Below are positions 29,100 through 39,681 of a stretch of DNA of 64,000 nt, piece by piece. The stretch covers positions 19,764-83,763 of the forward strand of contig CAZDOT010000007.1 of NCBI GenBank assembly GCA_964507125.1, written 5' to 3'. A model generated the notes under the pieces. The model was not told where the DNA came from and made no database searches. It saw only the letters and a program-made list of their open reading frames with translations. The translations under genes were made by a program, and so were the position numbers. Numbering within the stretch: position 1 is the stretch's first letter; each line of letters opens with the position of its first letter. The DNA is from an uncultured Chitinophagales bacterium (GTDB lineage: Bacteria; Bacteroidota; Bacteroidia; Chitinophagales; JADIYW01).

Positions 29100-29540
29100 A
29101 TGAAAAAATGTTTATTTGTTTTATTGTTGATAGGTGCAATTTTTAAGTCAACAGCACAAGGTGTTCACTTCTTTGCATCTAATCTTCAAATGAAGAAAAA
29201 CCAACCTACATCTGTGATTGCAGATGATTTTACATTTCAGCAAAATGAACTGTTACAAAAAGACATTAAAAAAGCCAAAGCAATGAAGATTTCCGGAATA
29301 GTGTTGACGAGTTTTGGAACCGCCGGAGTGCTCACAACAGCAGGCCTAATGGGTGTTTATTCAATTTTTAAACCGGTAAGTAGATTATATAATACCATCA
29401 TTGGTGTGAGCGGATTAACACCAAGTGTGGTGCTCTTAACTTCCGGAATTCCTTTAGCCGTAATCGGCACCAAACGAACAAGGAAATACAAAGAACAACA
29501 AATAAAAGAATGGGTTGCGCCAGCGCAACCCATTCAATAA
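29100..29540 (+). CDS. Hypothetical membrane protein (signal peptide + 2 TM helices)
   Basis: The ATG at 29100 gives MKKCLFVLLLIGAIFKSTAQ. I recognise no family. Confidence 0.5.
   Translation: MKKCLFVLLLIGAIFKSTAQGVHFFASNLQMKKNQPTSVIADDFTFQQNELLQKDIKKAKAMKISGIVLTSFGTAGVLTTAGLMGVYSIFKPVSRLYNTIIGVSGLTPSVVLLTSGIPLAVIGTKRTRKYKEQQIKEWVAPAQPIQ
29512..29531. terminator. GC-rich hairpin acting as a probable bidirectional terminator between convergent genes
   Basis: GGGTTGCG-ccag-CGCAACCC (8 bp). T-rich tracts lie on both sides: TATTTTTTT downstream on the + strand and ATTCTTTTATTT on the - strand. The hairpin sits inside the last codons of the + strand CDS. Confidence 0.5.
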
Positions 29541-29547
29541 TATTTTT

Positions 29548-30120
29548 TTAGATTAAAGCCTGAATAATAATTGCTACAATAAATGGAATTGTTCCGGCGG
29601 CAATCAGCCATTTTCCACGTCCGGAAATTCCATGTCGTCCTTTTAAAATAAATAATCCGGTGATATTAATTACAATTAATAAAACTGCAAAAATATCGGA
29701 AGCCCATTTCCATCCTTTTAAACTGTTTCGGTGAATTACATTCACTTGATAGAACAACGGTCGTTTAGATACTTGCTCATAGATTGCTTCTTTCGTAGAA
29801 AGGTTGACATGCAAGGATGAATTGTTGTAATAAATCTTCACTTGGTTATTCGTTGGAAAATCAAATACTTTATAGGATGTTTCGTCCACTAATTTCCCAA
29901 ATGCTTGGATTTTTGCATCGTCAATTTCATCGCGTGTGTAGCTTCTATCAATTTGTATTGTTTTCTTTTTTAAGATAAAATCAGGATTCCAATCATCCAC
30001 ATGGTTTAAGGCAATTCCTGAAATACAATACACCAATATCATAGAGGAAAAAAAATATCCTAAGTCGCGGTGCGTAGCTAAGTTAAGTCGCCTTAGTTTT
30101 CGGATATTCCAATTCCACAT
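29548..30120 (-). CDS. PepSY-associated TM-helix family membrane protein
   Basis: 190 aa. N-terminal RKLRRLNLATHRDLGYFFSSMILVYCISGIALNH and a C-terminal TM pair, typical of PepSY_TM-like proteins. Confidence 0.65.
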   Translation of the reverse strand: MWNWNIRKLRRLNLATHRDLGYFFSSMILVYCISGIALNHVDDWNPDFILKKKTIQIDRSYTRDEIDDAKIQAFGKLVDETSYKVFDFPTNNQVKIYYNNSSLHVNLSTKEAIYEQVSKRPLFYQVNVIHRNSLKGWKWASDIFAVLLIVINITGLFILKGRHGISGRGKWLIAAGTIPFIVAIIIQALI

Positions 30121-30124
30121 ATTA

Positions 30125-31084
30125 CTATTTATTTTCTTCTACTTTCTTAGCATATTCAGCCGTGATGTCAATCACCCATTGCTCAATATTTACATCCGGT
30201 AAAATGGCATCCGGTTTGTATGCCACTTTTGTAGTATGGTTAGGTACTGCTTTAATACCATCACCAATAATTTTAATTTGGAACATTTCATCATGTGCTA
30301 CTAAAACCGGAATAACGATAGCTTTTTGTTTTTTTGCCAATGCTTTTTCAATAGCTTCCGTCGTTTTTTTCGGATCGTAGTGTGCAATATGTCCGCACCA
30401 GCCATAAGTATGTTCACTAATCCCAATTTCTTGCTTTACGAAATCTCCTACTTTATCAAATAAATCAGCCCATTCTTTTTCATACGCTTCATCGCCGTAA
30501 CCAATTAATACGATTCCTTCATTAGCCGGATCTTTCGATAAATCTTTTGCCCTTCTCAATACATTTTTTTTCAAGATGTCAGTGAAGTCAAGATTGGGTG
30601 TAATGTATGTTTTAGCTTTTGGCGTATAGCGTTCAATTTTTTCAATTTTCAACATCTCTTTTGATTGTGGGTCTTCTTTTTGGCCGATAATTGTCGGAAT
30701 ATCATCAAAAGTATGTGGACTCACCGTAAGGAAAATGGGAACGATAATTACATCTGTATAACCTTCTGCATCAAACTCTTTCAAACGTGTAGCAATAGAT
30801 GGTTCCGTATATTCCATGTGTGCAGTTTTGGTGCCTTGTATTTTTCCGTCTGCTAAAATTCTGCTCTGTACGGCTTTTTCAAAATCCATCAATGCTTTAC
30901 GCCATGTTTCTGAGCGAGAACCATGATTCACTAAAAGAACACCTACTTTCTTCTTTCCATTTGTAGAAGTTTCAGAATTTTCTGTTTTTCCATTATTGCA
31001 AGATGCTAAGAAGGAAACATTTAAAAGTATCAAAAAATAAAAGAGGTACTTTCTGATTAATTTGTATGCTGTATTGTTAGTCAT
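30125..31084 (-). CDS. Lipoprotein with CbiX/SirB-type (class II) chelatase fold
   Basis: 319 aa. Lipobox NVSFLASCNNG, then VGVLLVNHGSRSETW (the CbiX-type HGS motif), and a second half-domain GIVLIGYGDEAYEKEW ... VIPVLVAHDE. Confidence 0.65.
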   Translation of the reverse strand: MTNNTAYKLIRKYLFYFLILLNVSFLASCNNGKTENSETSTNGKKKVGVLLVNHGSRSETWRKALMDFEKAVQSRILADGKIQGTKTAHMEYTEPSIATRLKEFDAEGYTDVIIVPIFLTVSPHTFDDIPTIIGQKEDPQSKEMLKIEKIERYTPKAKTYITPNLDFTDILKKNVLRRAKDLSKDPANEGIVLIGYGDEAYEKEWADLFDKVGDFVKQEIGISEHTYGWCGHIAHYDPKKTTEAIEKALAKKQKAIVIPVLVAHDEMFQIKIIGDGIKAVPNHTTKVAYKPDAILPDVNIEQWVIDITAEYAKKVEENK

Positions 31085-31309
31085 TTGTACTGTATTTAAT
31101 TGACCACAAAGAACTTATTTAGATTTAATCCAAACAATACCTTAGCTTGGGTATTTTACTACTTATTTTTTGTGAGTGGAGCTGCTAATCTACTTAGTTT
31201 TTAAGTATTAATATTGTATTGTTTAATATGTTTGTTGGTATAATTATTTAAGAAATGTTAATTCTTTAAAAATAAAACGTTATATTCATCTTGAAAACTG
31301 TATTTATTT

Positions 31310-34246
31310 ATGAAAGGAACCATCTTTTTGAGTGTATTATTTTTTGTATTCAGCTCAACACTTCTTGCACAAACAAAGTATTTTCCCATTCAAGGTGCAT
31401 CGGAAATTCCCGGAAAAAAAATCAATGGAACATTAGATGACATCACGGATTTCTCAACATGTACGCAAGTTCCATTTACAATGCCGGACGGCACTAAATT
31501 AATGACGGACATTTATTTACCTATTTTGCAAGATAGTTTTGTTTATAACGATACTATTTCGTTTAATTTATTACCCGATCCTTTTCCACCTATCAAAATA
31601 CCTATTTACGCCGTCTTGTTACAAAAAGGTGCTCAATATCTCATTTACGATTCAATCAATGGAGTTCCTAATCCTAATCCATATCAGTTGCCGATGATAT
31701 TAGAAAGAACACCGTATGATAAAGATGGAGCTTTGGAAGGTGCCGCAATGGCATTATTAGGTTATGCCGGTGCAGTGCAAGATATGCGCGGTCGATACAC
31801 TTCACAAGGTGCCTACTTGCCTTTATATTCCGATGGTTGGAAAAAAACACCATATCATAACTACAAACATATTTTAGATGTTACCAATACTACTGATCCT
31901 AGAAATGGAAATAACCATGAAGATGGCTACAATACCATTGAGTTTGTCAAAAACCAGTTAGTCCGTAAATTTGACTTAAACGGTGATGGCATTTTTGAAA
32001 CAACCGATTTAGTGTACAATGGTTCTATCGGAATGTTTGGAGCATCTGCATTAGGTTATAACCAATTACAAGCAGCTGCCGCACATAAAATAAATCCCAA
32101 TCAACCCGGATTAAAATGCTTGTTTCCAATTGTTGGCCCATTAGAATTTTATAAAAGTACAGGTTACCATAATGGTTGTTTGAGAGATGGCTTAGTTACA
32201 GGATGGCTGCGCGGACAAATTAAAGATTTGCAAGATGAACTAAGAGATATAGATACCGGAATTGAAGATACCATCCACTCGGCAAAAGATTATAACATGC
32301 TTGACAAATTTGATGCTGCCAATCAGGCAATAGATCATTTTGTAACAATTAACTATGAAAATTCACCATGTGGTTATTATCCAAATTCAATTGGTAGAAG
32401 TGATATGGATGCAACAAAAGCTCCGGTAGATGCCAATGGAGAAGGACAGCTAAATGGTTCATATTCTCGATACAGCAATATGGAAGTGCCAACTTTCCAT
32501 GTAACGGGTTGGTGGGATATTTTTATTGATGGTTCAATTGAAACGCATAAGTTAATTCAAGATAATATCACCCAAAGAAAAGATTTGCAAAAAATTGTCA
32601 TTGGCCCATGGGCACATCAAACGGTTGCCAGCACAAAAACAGGCGATCGCATTTATCCAAAAAATACAAAAGATATTACCAAGGTGGATATCTTAGATAT
32701 TACCGAAGGCGGAAGTATAAACATTACAGAAATTGCAAAATCGGAGTTGGTAAGTTGGTTTCGATATAATTTAAATTACAATGGATACAACAAAGTGGTA
32801 GAACCTAAAGTATTGATTCCAAAATCAACATTGTGGCAGGCACCATTGCCACAGTTACCACAAGTAGAAGTGCGTTTTCCGGCACAAAATTATAAAATAC
32901 AATTTGCCGAGTTATTGAATTTTATTTTAGGTCAAGGTAATTTAAAACAAGTGCCGGTTGAAATCAGAATTGGCGGCAGTAGTGGTTTGGTTATTCCATT
33001 TAATATTGATTTACCTAATCTTGGCCCAATTATCAAAGACATTTCATCAGATGAACCATTTGTGGGAATTCCGCAATATGAGTATAAAAATATTCCAACC
33101 TATCGCTATTATGTAGTGGGTGCTTCCAACGATTCCGGAACCGTTTCTTATTCCGGAAATTATTGGATGAATTCAGAAGTTTTTCCACCCAATGAAATTC
33201 AATGGAAGTCGATGTATTTACATCAAAATGGAAAATTAAATTTTACAGCACCAACAACGGATGAAGGTTTCAGAACGTATGTACATAATCCGGATGATCC
33301 GATTATAACTGTTGGCGGTGGTAATATGTTGGAACGTACACCACAAGGCGATAGAGATGCACAAGGTCAAATGAATTTATCTGATCCGAATTTTGCACCT
33401 TATACGATGGATAGAGAAGGCGTGTTGAAATTTGAAACAGATGTTTTGTCTGATTCATTAAGTATTATTGGATATCCAAAGTATAAATTATATGCAAAAT
33501 CTAATCCGGGAAATACACCAAGTGGTCCTACGGATTGCGATTTCTTTATCCGCATATTAGATGTGTTTCCGGATGGCAAAGAATTCTTTGTTGTAGAAGG
33601 TGCTGTAAATGCTCGTGCTAGAGAGTTTGCACGTTCAATAGCCGAAGGCCATCAAAACGATGATGCACCTTTTAGCAATATCGACATTGGAAAAATTTAT
33701 GAATATTATTTTCAAGGATATCCAATTGCTTACACATTTGCACAAGGACATAAAATTAAAGTATTAATCTCTTCGAGTAATTATCCGCGTTTTCAAGCTT
33801 GTGCTAATGTGCCATTGTTGGATGGCGAATTTTTCCGTAGGAAACCGGCTGATGGCAGAACCTATATGTACAATGGTGTAGAATATGCACCACGTATTTC
33901 GGTACAACGTGTAGCTTTTTCTAATCAATATCCGACACAAATTGAGTTGCCTGTTTTTGGTAGTACTTCTGTTATTACAGCTATTAAATCCAATACCATA
34001 AAACCGGATTGGGAACTTAATGTATTTCCGAATCCAAGTAATGGAATGTTGGATGTTTTCATCAATAAATCCGGAAAATATTTAGCCAATGTGTATAATA
34101 TGATTGGTGAAAAACTATTGCAAAAAGAAATATCAGATAATCATCATTTCGATTTTAGAAATTTTGCAAAAGGTCAATATTTATTAGAGATTATAGACTT
34201 GAAAAATGAACATCAAAAATCAACTAAGTCATTTACCATTAACTAA
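31310..34246 (+). CDS. CocE/NonD-family (S15 X-Pro dipeptidyl-peptidase-like) hydrolase with T9SS C-terminal sorting domain
   Basis: 978 aa with a signal peptide. ERTPYDK and GASALGYNQL (nucleophile elbow) motifs. C-terminal LNVFPNPSNGMLDVFI...GQYLLEIIDLKNEHQKSTKSFTIN. Confidence 0.75.
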   Translation: MKGTIFLSVLFFVFSSTLLAQTKYFPIQGASEIPGKKINGTLDDITDFSTCTQVPFTMPDGTKLMTDIYLPILQDSFVYNDTISFNLLPDPFPPIKIPIYAVLLQKGAQYLIYDSINGVPNPNPYQLPMILERTPYDKDGALEGAAMALLGYAGAVQDMRGRYTSQGAYLPLYSDGWKKTPYHNYKHILDVTNTTDPRNGNNHEDGYNTIEFVKNQLVRKFDLNGDGIFETTDLVYNGSIGMFGASALGYNQLQAAAAHKINPNQPGLKCLFPIVGPLEFYKSTGYHNGCLRDGLVTGWLRGQIKDLQDELRDIDTGIEDTIHSAKDYNMLDKFDAANQAIDHFVTINYENSPCGYYPNSIGRSDMDATKAPVDANGEGQLNGSYSRYSNMEVPTFHVTGWWDIFIDGSIETHKLIQDNITQRKDLQKIVIGPWAHQTVASTKTGDRIYPKNTKDITKVDILDITEGGSINITEIAKSELVSWFRYNLNYNGYNKVVEPKVLIPKSTLWQAPLPQLPQVEVRFPAQNYKIQFAELLNFILGQGNLKQVPVEIRIGGSSGLVIPFNIDLPNLGPIIKDISSDEPFVGIPQYEYKNIPTYRYYVVGASNDSGTVSYSGNYWMNSEVFPPNEIQWKSMYLHQNGKLNFTAPTTDEGFRTYVHNPDDPIITVGGGNMLERTPQGDRDAQGQMNLSDPNFAPYTMDREGVLKFETDVLSDSLSIIGYPKYKLYAKSNPGNTPSGPTDCDFFIRILDVFPDGKEFFVVEGAVNARAREFARSIAEGHQNDDAPFSNIDIGKIYEYYFQGYPIAYTFAQGHKIKVLISSSNYPRFQACANVPLLDGEFFRRKPADGRTYMYNGVEYAPRISVQRVAFSNQYPTQIELPVFGSTSVITAIKSNTIKPDWELNVFPNPSNGMLDVFINKSGKYLANVYNMIGEKLLQKEISDNHHFDFRNFAKGQYLLEIIDLKNEHQKSTKSFTIN

Positions 34247-34273
34247 GAATTATTAACCCAATAAATCTAACTC

Positions 34274-37108
34274 ATGTTTTTAAAAAGTAATTTATATAAA
34301 TTATTCGGGATGTTCTTATGCCTACTTTGGTGCGTTGTATTGCATGCACAAGAGGTTACTATAAAAGGAAAGATAAAAGATAAAAATACTAAAGAAGGTT
34401 TGATAGGAGCGAACGTGCAAATTAAAGGAACTAACTTTGGTGCAATTACCGATATAGATGGTAACTATGAAATAAAAGCAGCCACTACTTTGCCGGCAAT
34501 TTTAGTTGTTTCATATCTTGGATATGCTGATCAAGAAATAACTATTGAAAACGAACTACAAACAATAGATGTTGCTTTGGTAGCACAAGAAATTAGAGTG
34601 AGTAATGATGTTGTTATTTCGGCTTCTCGTGTGAGTGAACGTATCCAAACATCACCATCATCCATACAAAAAATAAACTCTAAACAAATCCAAAATATCG
34701 CTTCCGGAAATTTTTATCAAGGATTAGGAACGATGAAAGAAGTAGATATTACGACAAGCAGTATGGGATTTCAAGTGTTTAATACTCGTGGCTTTAATAC
34801 CACCGCTCCGGTGCGTGTGGTGCAGTTTATTGATGGAATGGATAATCAAGCGCCGGGCTTAAATTTTCCGGTAGGAAACTTGGTTGGTGCCAACGATTTG
34901 GATTTGGAAAGCGTAGAAGTGATTTCCGGTGCATCTTCTGCATTGTATGGTGCAAATGCATTTCAAGGTGTGTTAAGTATGCAAACTAAAAATCCATTTG
35001 ATTATAAAAATTTACAAGTAAAATTAAAAGGCGGAAACCAACAAATGTTGGATGCACAAGTGCGCTATGCCAATGCTTTTGGAAAAAAAAAATACGACAG
35101 AGATGTTTTTGGATTTAAAATTAGTGGCGGATATTTTAGTGCGAAAGATTGGATAGCAGATGATTCCATTGCTAATTTATACGGCGATATTGAAACAGAT
35201 GTAAATGTGAGTACCGTCGTGAGAAAATTACAGTTTAGCGACGATACTGCAATTGCCCGACAATTTAGAGCATTAAATGCCTATTTAGATTTTTTTCCAA
35301 ATGCTTTTCCGGGTTTTGTGCATGTAAAAACACCGGGCTACAGAGAAACCGATTTAACAGATAATAAAACACGAAGCATCAAAGCAAATATCGCCTTGTT
35401 TGCTCGCCCGATAAAAGATATGCAAATAGAATATCAATATAAATTTGGTTTAGGAAGTGCCGTGTATCAAGGTGCCAATAGATACAATGTAAAAGATATC
35501 AAATTTCAACAACACAAAGTGCAGTTGGATTATAAAGGCTTGATGGTAAAATATTACACTACACAAGAAAATGCCGGAAAATCGTACGATATGGTGTTTA
35601 GTGCTATTAACCTTTCAAAGATTGGTATCAGTAGATATATTTCCAATTTTATAAAATCGTATTTCTCTCAACTCTCGGATTATACTAATTCGTTTAAAGA
35701 TGATCCACATAATGATGAAGTGGAAGCTTCCAGAAATTATGCATTGCAAGAAGCATATAATAATGCGTACCTACAACCGGGCACTTACTCTTTTGATTCT
35801 GCTTATAATATTATTGTGGATGATGCCAATTTAGTTACAGGTTCTAAGTTTCAAGATAAATCTTCTTTGCATCATGTGGAGGCTATGTATAATCATACAT
35901 TTAAACATAAAATCAATTGGATAGTTGGTTCATCTTTCCGTATGTTTATTCCACGTTCTTACGGTTCTATTTTTTATGATACATTGGTAAATATTGCAGA
36001 TACCTTGCCGGATGGTTCACCAAATTTGAAAGCAAAATTTGTAAACTTAAACACATGGGAAGTAGGTGCATACACACAACTTTCAGTAGATTTATTTAAA
36101 GATCATCTCAAATTAGTAGGCTCAGCACGCATAGATAAAGCAGAGAATTTTAAAATACAGTTTTCTCCAAGAATTTCCATTATTGGTACGTATAAAAGTC
36201 ATACATTCCGCTTTTCCTATCAGCAAGCATTTAGAACACCTACGTTGCAAAATCAATATATTTCATTGGACTTAGGTGCCATTCAATTATTGGGAAACTT
36301 GCATGGTGCTGAAGGATATGATTATCAATCGGTGTTGGATTTTAGAAACCATTATGATTCCACATTCTCAGTAGAACCACAAATATTGAAACCTATTAAA
36401 TTAGATCCGATAAAACCGGAGCAAGTGAACTCTTGGGAAATAGGATATCGCGGTGCATTCTTCAATAAATTGTATGTCGATGTGTCGGCTTATTTTAATC
36501 GATATTTTCATTTTATAGGCGATTTGCGTTTTTATCGTCCAAGCAATAAAGAAATACAAGTAGGTACAGAAGCCGGCTCCGATGCCATCTTAACCGGCGC
36601 ATACGATTTAATTCAAATGCCAACCAATGCAAAACAAAAAGTTGATGCTTTTGGAGCTTCAATAGGCATTAATTACTATATCTGGAAATCATTGATAGGT
36701 TCATTTAATTACACGTATTCCGGAATTGATACACGTAAACTTTCAGACCCAATTATTCCGGGATTTAATACACCCAATCATAAGTTTAATATTGGTGTGA
36801 ATGCACAACGCATTTGGAAAGGATTGGGCTTCGGACTTAATTTTAAATGGGTGAGCAAATACAATTGGGAAAGTACATTTGGAGACGGTGTAGTGCCAAG
36901 TTATCACACTTTGGATATGCAAGTTGCTTACGAGTTTCCACGTTGGTTTACCTTACAAGTAGGTGGCTCTAATATTTATAACAATAAACATATTGAAGCG
37001 TATGGCTCACCTAAAATTGGAGCAATTGTATATGGAACTATGCTGTTTGATTTGGAAAGAAAAGGTATAGAAGCAGAGCGTTGGATAAAAAAGAAAAAAA
37101 ATAAATAA
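34274..37108 (+). CDS. TonB-dependent outer-membrane receptor with N-terminal carboxypeptidase-regulatory-like domain
   Basis: 944 aa. N-terminal VTIKGKIKDKNTKEGLIGANVQIKGTNFGAITDIDGNY, plug region ...VEVISGASSALYGANAFQGV, and a beta-barrel ending in an aromatic-rich terminus. Confidence 0.85.
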   Translation: MFLKSNLYKLFGMFLCLLWCVVLHAQEVTIKGKIKDKNTKEGLIGANVQIKGTNFGAITDIDGNYEIKAATTLPAILVVSYLGYADQEITIENELQTIDVALVAQEIRVSNDVVISASRVSERIQTSPSSIQKINSKQIQNIASGNFYQGLGTMKEVDITTSSMGFQVFNTRGFNTTAPVRVVQFIDGMDNQAPGLNFPVGNLVGANDLDLESVEVISGASSALYGANAFQGVLSMQTKNPFDYKNLQVKLKGGNQQMLDAQVRYANAFGKKKYDRDVFGFKISGGYFSAKDWIADDSIANLYGDIETDVNVSTVVRKLQFSDDTAIARQFRALNAYLDFFPNAFPGFVHVKTPGYRETDLTDNKTRSIKANIALFARPIKDMQIEYQYKFGLGSAVYQGANRYNVKDIKFQQHKVQLDYKGLMVKYYTTQENAGKSYDMVFSAINLSKIGISRYISNFIKSYFSQLSDYTNSFKDDPHNDEVEASRNYALQEAYNNAYLQPGTYSFDSAYNIIVDDANLVTGSKFQDKSSLHHVEAMYNHTFKHKINWIVGSSFRMFIPRSYGSIFYDTLVNIADTLPDGSPNLKAKFVNLNTWEVGAYTQLSVDLFKDHLKLVGSARIDKAENFKIQFSPRISIIGTYKSHTFRFSYQQAFRTPTLQNQYISLDLGAIQLLGNLHGAEGYDYQSVLDFRNHYDSTFSVEPQILKPIKLDPIKPEQVNSWEIGYRGAFFNKLYVDVSAYFNRYFHFIGDLRFYRPSNKEIQVGTEAGSDAILTGAYDLIQMPTNAKQKVDAFGASIGINYYIWKSLIGSFNYTYSGIDTRKLSDPIIPGFNTPNHKFNIGVNAQRIWKGLGFGLNFKWVSKYNWESTFGDGVVPSYHTLDMQVAYEFPRWFTLQVGGSNIYNNKHIEAYGSPKIGAIVYGTMLFDLERKGIEAERWIKKKKNK

Positions 37109-37140
37109 TAGTGCACTGAATTTATTTATTTTTGCATGGA

Positions 37141-37857
37141 ATGAATAAGAAACTCTCCATAGTTGTTCCGGCATATAATGAACAAAATACCATTCAACAT
37201 ATCTTGAATAAAATAAATGATGTTCCATTAATTCAAGATGTAGAAAAAGAAATTATTGTTGTAAATGATTGTTCCATCGACCAAACGGAACAAAAGGTAA
37301 AAGAGTTTCAACAACAACATCTTTCATTAAATATCGTGTATAAAAAACACGAAGTAAACCAAGGAAAAGGAGCAGCATTGCGTACCGGATTCCAAAGCGC
37401 TACCGGCGATTTTGTAATTGTGCAAGATGCCGATATGGAATACGATCCAACAGAATTTAATATCTTAATGAAGCCTATTTTAGATGGCTTTGCAGATGTG
37501 GTTTATGGCTCTCGTTTTATGGGTGGTCGTCCGCATCGTATTTTGTTTTTTTGGCACACCATCGGCAATAAAATATTGACTTTTATTTCCAATATGTTCA
37601 CCAACTTGAATTTAACCGATATGGAAACATGTTATAAAATGTTTCGTAGAGAAATTATTCAAGGTATCGACTTAAAAGAAAATAGATTTGGTTTTGAGCC
37701 AGAAGTAACAGCAAAAGTTGCAAAGATTCCCAAAATCAGAATATACGAAGTCGGCATTTCATATTACGGAAGAACGTATGAAGAAGGCAAAAAAATAGGT
37801 ATGAAAGATGCCTTCCGTGCCTTGTATTGTATTATACGTTACAATCTATTTTCATAG
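37141..37857 (+). CDS. Family 2 glycosyltransferase (polyprenol-phosphate sugar synthase-like; Dpm1/ArnC/GtrB type)
   Basis: [21 protein letters not shown] and [10 protein letters not shown] (DXD) motifs. ATG at 37141. Confidence 0.8.
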   Translation: MNKKLSIVVPAYNEQNTIQHILNKINDVPLIQDVEKEIIVVNDCSIDQTEQKVKEFQQQHLSLNIVYKKHEVNQGKGAALRTGFQSATGDFVIVQDADMEYDPTEFNILMKPILDGFADVVYGSRFMGGRPHRILFFWHTIGNKILTFISNMFTNLNLTDMETCYKMFRREIIQGIDLKENRFGFEPEVTAKVAKIPKIRIYEVGISYYGRTYEEGKKIGMKDAFRALYCIIRYNLFS

Positions 37858-38388
37858 CAACGCATCTAATTGTCGCTCGTGGTGTAATAAATGTTCTTTG
37901 CTAAAGTTTAATGTTTGATGTATATTAAACAAGCCTAAAATAGGATGTTTGAAAATATATTTATCTTCTAGAGTTTCCGGTAAGTCGCTCAATATTTTTT
38001 GAAATTCAACGGTGTTCTTCTCAAAGTATTTTTTCATTTCATCGTAACTTACATGTTCCGGAACGGAGCTAACCACTTTTGGTGCTTTAAATTTCAAAGG
38101 TGATTTTAATAAAATAACTAATAGTTTATTTTTAAGTACACTCATAAAATCACTTTTTAGTTGCACTTTGTTTTTACTTAAATTTCGTTGGATGATTTGA
38201 ATAATTCCATCTTCCGCAAAACCACAATGATATAAAACTTGTCCGGCACTCCAACCGCCATTGCTCGGTATTTTATTCAATTGCTCATCGGATAGTGCAG
38301 CTGTTTTTTGAATAAATCTGTTTTTAATAACTTCAATATCTTTATATTGTTGTGCCAATGCTGTATTCATCGAATAAACTTTTATCAC
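37852..38388 (-). CDS. DinB-family protein
   Basis: 178 aa. Four-helix-bundle His pattern (YHC...H...HLLHHERQ). Its stop overlaps the convergent GT2 stop by 6 nt. Confidence 0.6.
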   Translation of the reverse strand: MIKVYSMNTALAQQYKDIEVIKNRFIQKTAALSDEQLNKIPSNGGWSAGQVLYHCGFAEDGIIQIIQRNLSKNKVQLKSDFMSVLKNKLLVILLKSPLKFKAPKVVSSVPEHVSYDEMKKYFEKNTVEFQKILSDLPETLEDKYIFKHPILGLFNIHQTLNFSKEHLLHHERQLDALL

Positions 38389-38450
38389 AAGTTAATCAAT
38401 AAAAAACAAAATAGACATAACTATTGGCGAATTCCTTTTAACTTTATTGC

Positions 38451-39638
38451 ATGTTTTTAGATTTCTTTTTACGCTTAAAAGAAGAAGGTTTGCCGGTGAG
38501 TATTGGCGAATATCTAAATTTATTAGAAGCATTAAACAAGCGTGTAACAGCGTTTAATGTGGAAGAATTTTATTTTCTTTCGAAAACCATTTTAATCAAA
38601 CACGAACAATATTTAGACAGATACGATGTGTTGTTTGGAAATTATTTTCATGGTGTTGCATTAAGTGAGATTGAAAAAAAAGAAATTCCGGACGATTGGT
38701 TGAATGCAGAAATCAATCGACTTTTTACAGAAGAAGAAAAAGCATTGATTGAAAAAATGGGTGGCTTGGAAAAATTGATGGAGCGATTGAAACAATTAAT
38801 GGAAGAACAAAAAGAAAAACATCAAGGTGGAAATAAATGGATAGGCACCGGCGGAACATCGCCTTTTGGCAATAGTGGATTTAATCCGGAAGGCATAAAT
38901 ATCGGAGGCAAAGGTGGTGGAAGAAGTGCCGTGAAAGTTTGGGAAAAACGCGAATTTCAAAATTATGCTTCGGATGTAGAACTCAACACAAGAAATATTA
39001 AGTTGGCATTGAAACGCCTGAGAATATTGACTCGAGAAGGCATTGAAGATGAATTAGATTTGCACACTACAATAGAAAAAACCAGCAGAAACGGCGGTTA
39101 TCTCGATATTGAAATGCAACCTGCCAAAAAGAACAGAGTGAAAGTGTTATTGTTTTTTGATGTAGGCGGCTCGATGGATCCTTATATTGAATTGTGCGAA
39201 CAATTATTTTCTGCCGCTAAATCAGAATTGAAACATTTAGAATTTTTTTATTTTCATAATTGCGTGTATGAAAGCATTTGGAAAGACAATAATTTGCGCT
39301 ACACAGACCGCATTCCAACGTTTGATGTGTTGCATAAATTTAATCAAGATTATCGTGTGATATTTGTGGGCGATGCTACTATGTCGCCGTATGAGTTGTC
39401 TTCGTTGGGCGGAAGTGTTGAGCATTATAACGATGAAACCGGCATTGCTTGGTTGAAGCGATTTGTTGCAAAATTTCCAAATATTGTGTGGCTTAATCCA
39501 AGCAATGAATATTATTGGGATGGTGTGCCAACGATTGCTGCAATTAAAGAAATTTTTAAAGGAAGAATGTTTCCAACAACCATTGAAGGATTAACAAATG
39601 CAATGAAAACATTAAAAGGTAAAAAGACCATCCATTAA
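38451..39638 (+). CDS. VWA-domain protein, CoxE-like
   Basis: 395 aa. N-terminal FLDFFLRLKEEGLPVSIGEYL is typical of VWA_CoxE proteins. The C-terminal VWA domain has a MIDAS-like motif, VLLFFDVGGSMDPY. Confidence 0.7.
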   Translation: MFLDFFLRLKEEGLPVSIGEYLNLLEALNKRVTAFNVEEFYFLSKTILIKHEQYLDRYDVLFGNYFHGVALSEIEKKEIPDDWLNAEINRLFTEEEKALIEKMGGLEKLMERLKQLMEEQKEKHQGGNKWIGTGGTSPFGNSGFNPEGINIGGKGGGRSAVKVWEKREFQNYASDVELNTRNIKLALKRLRILTREGIEDELDLHTTIEKTSRNGGYLDIEMQPAKKNRVKVLLFFDVGGSMDPYIELCEQLFSAAKSELKHLEFFYFHNCVYESIWKDNNLRYTDRIPTFDVLHKFNQDYRVIFVGDATMSPYELSSLGGSVEHYNDETGIAWLKRFVAKFPNIVWLNPSNEYYWDGVPTIAAIKEIFKGRMFPTTIEGLTNAMKTLKGKKTIH

Positions 39639-39681
39639 CAAACTAAAAAATTCAAAATTCATAAACTCTTAAATTACATAC

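Noticed and set aside
37852-37857. A 6-nt overlap of the convergent stop codons of the GT2 and DinB-family genes.
   Set aside because: Small convergent overlaps are common in compact genomes. Beyond the absence of a terminator between the two genes, nothing suggests function.
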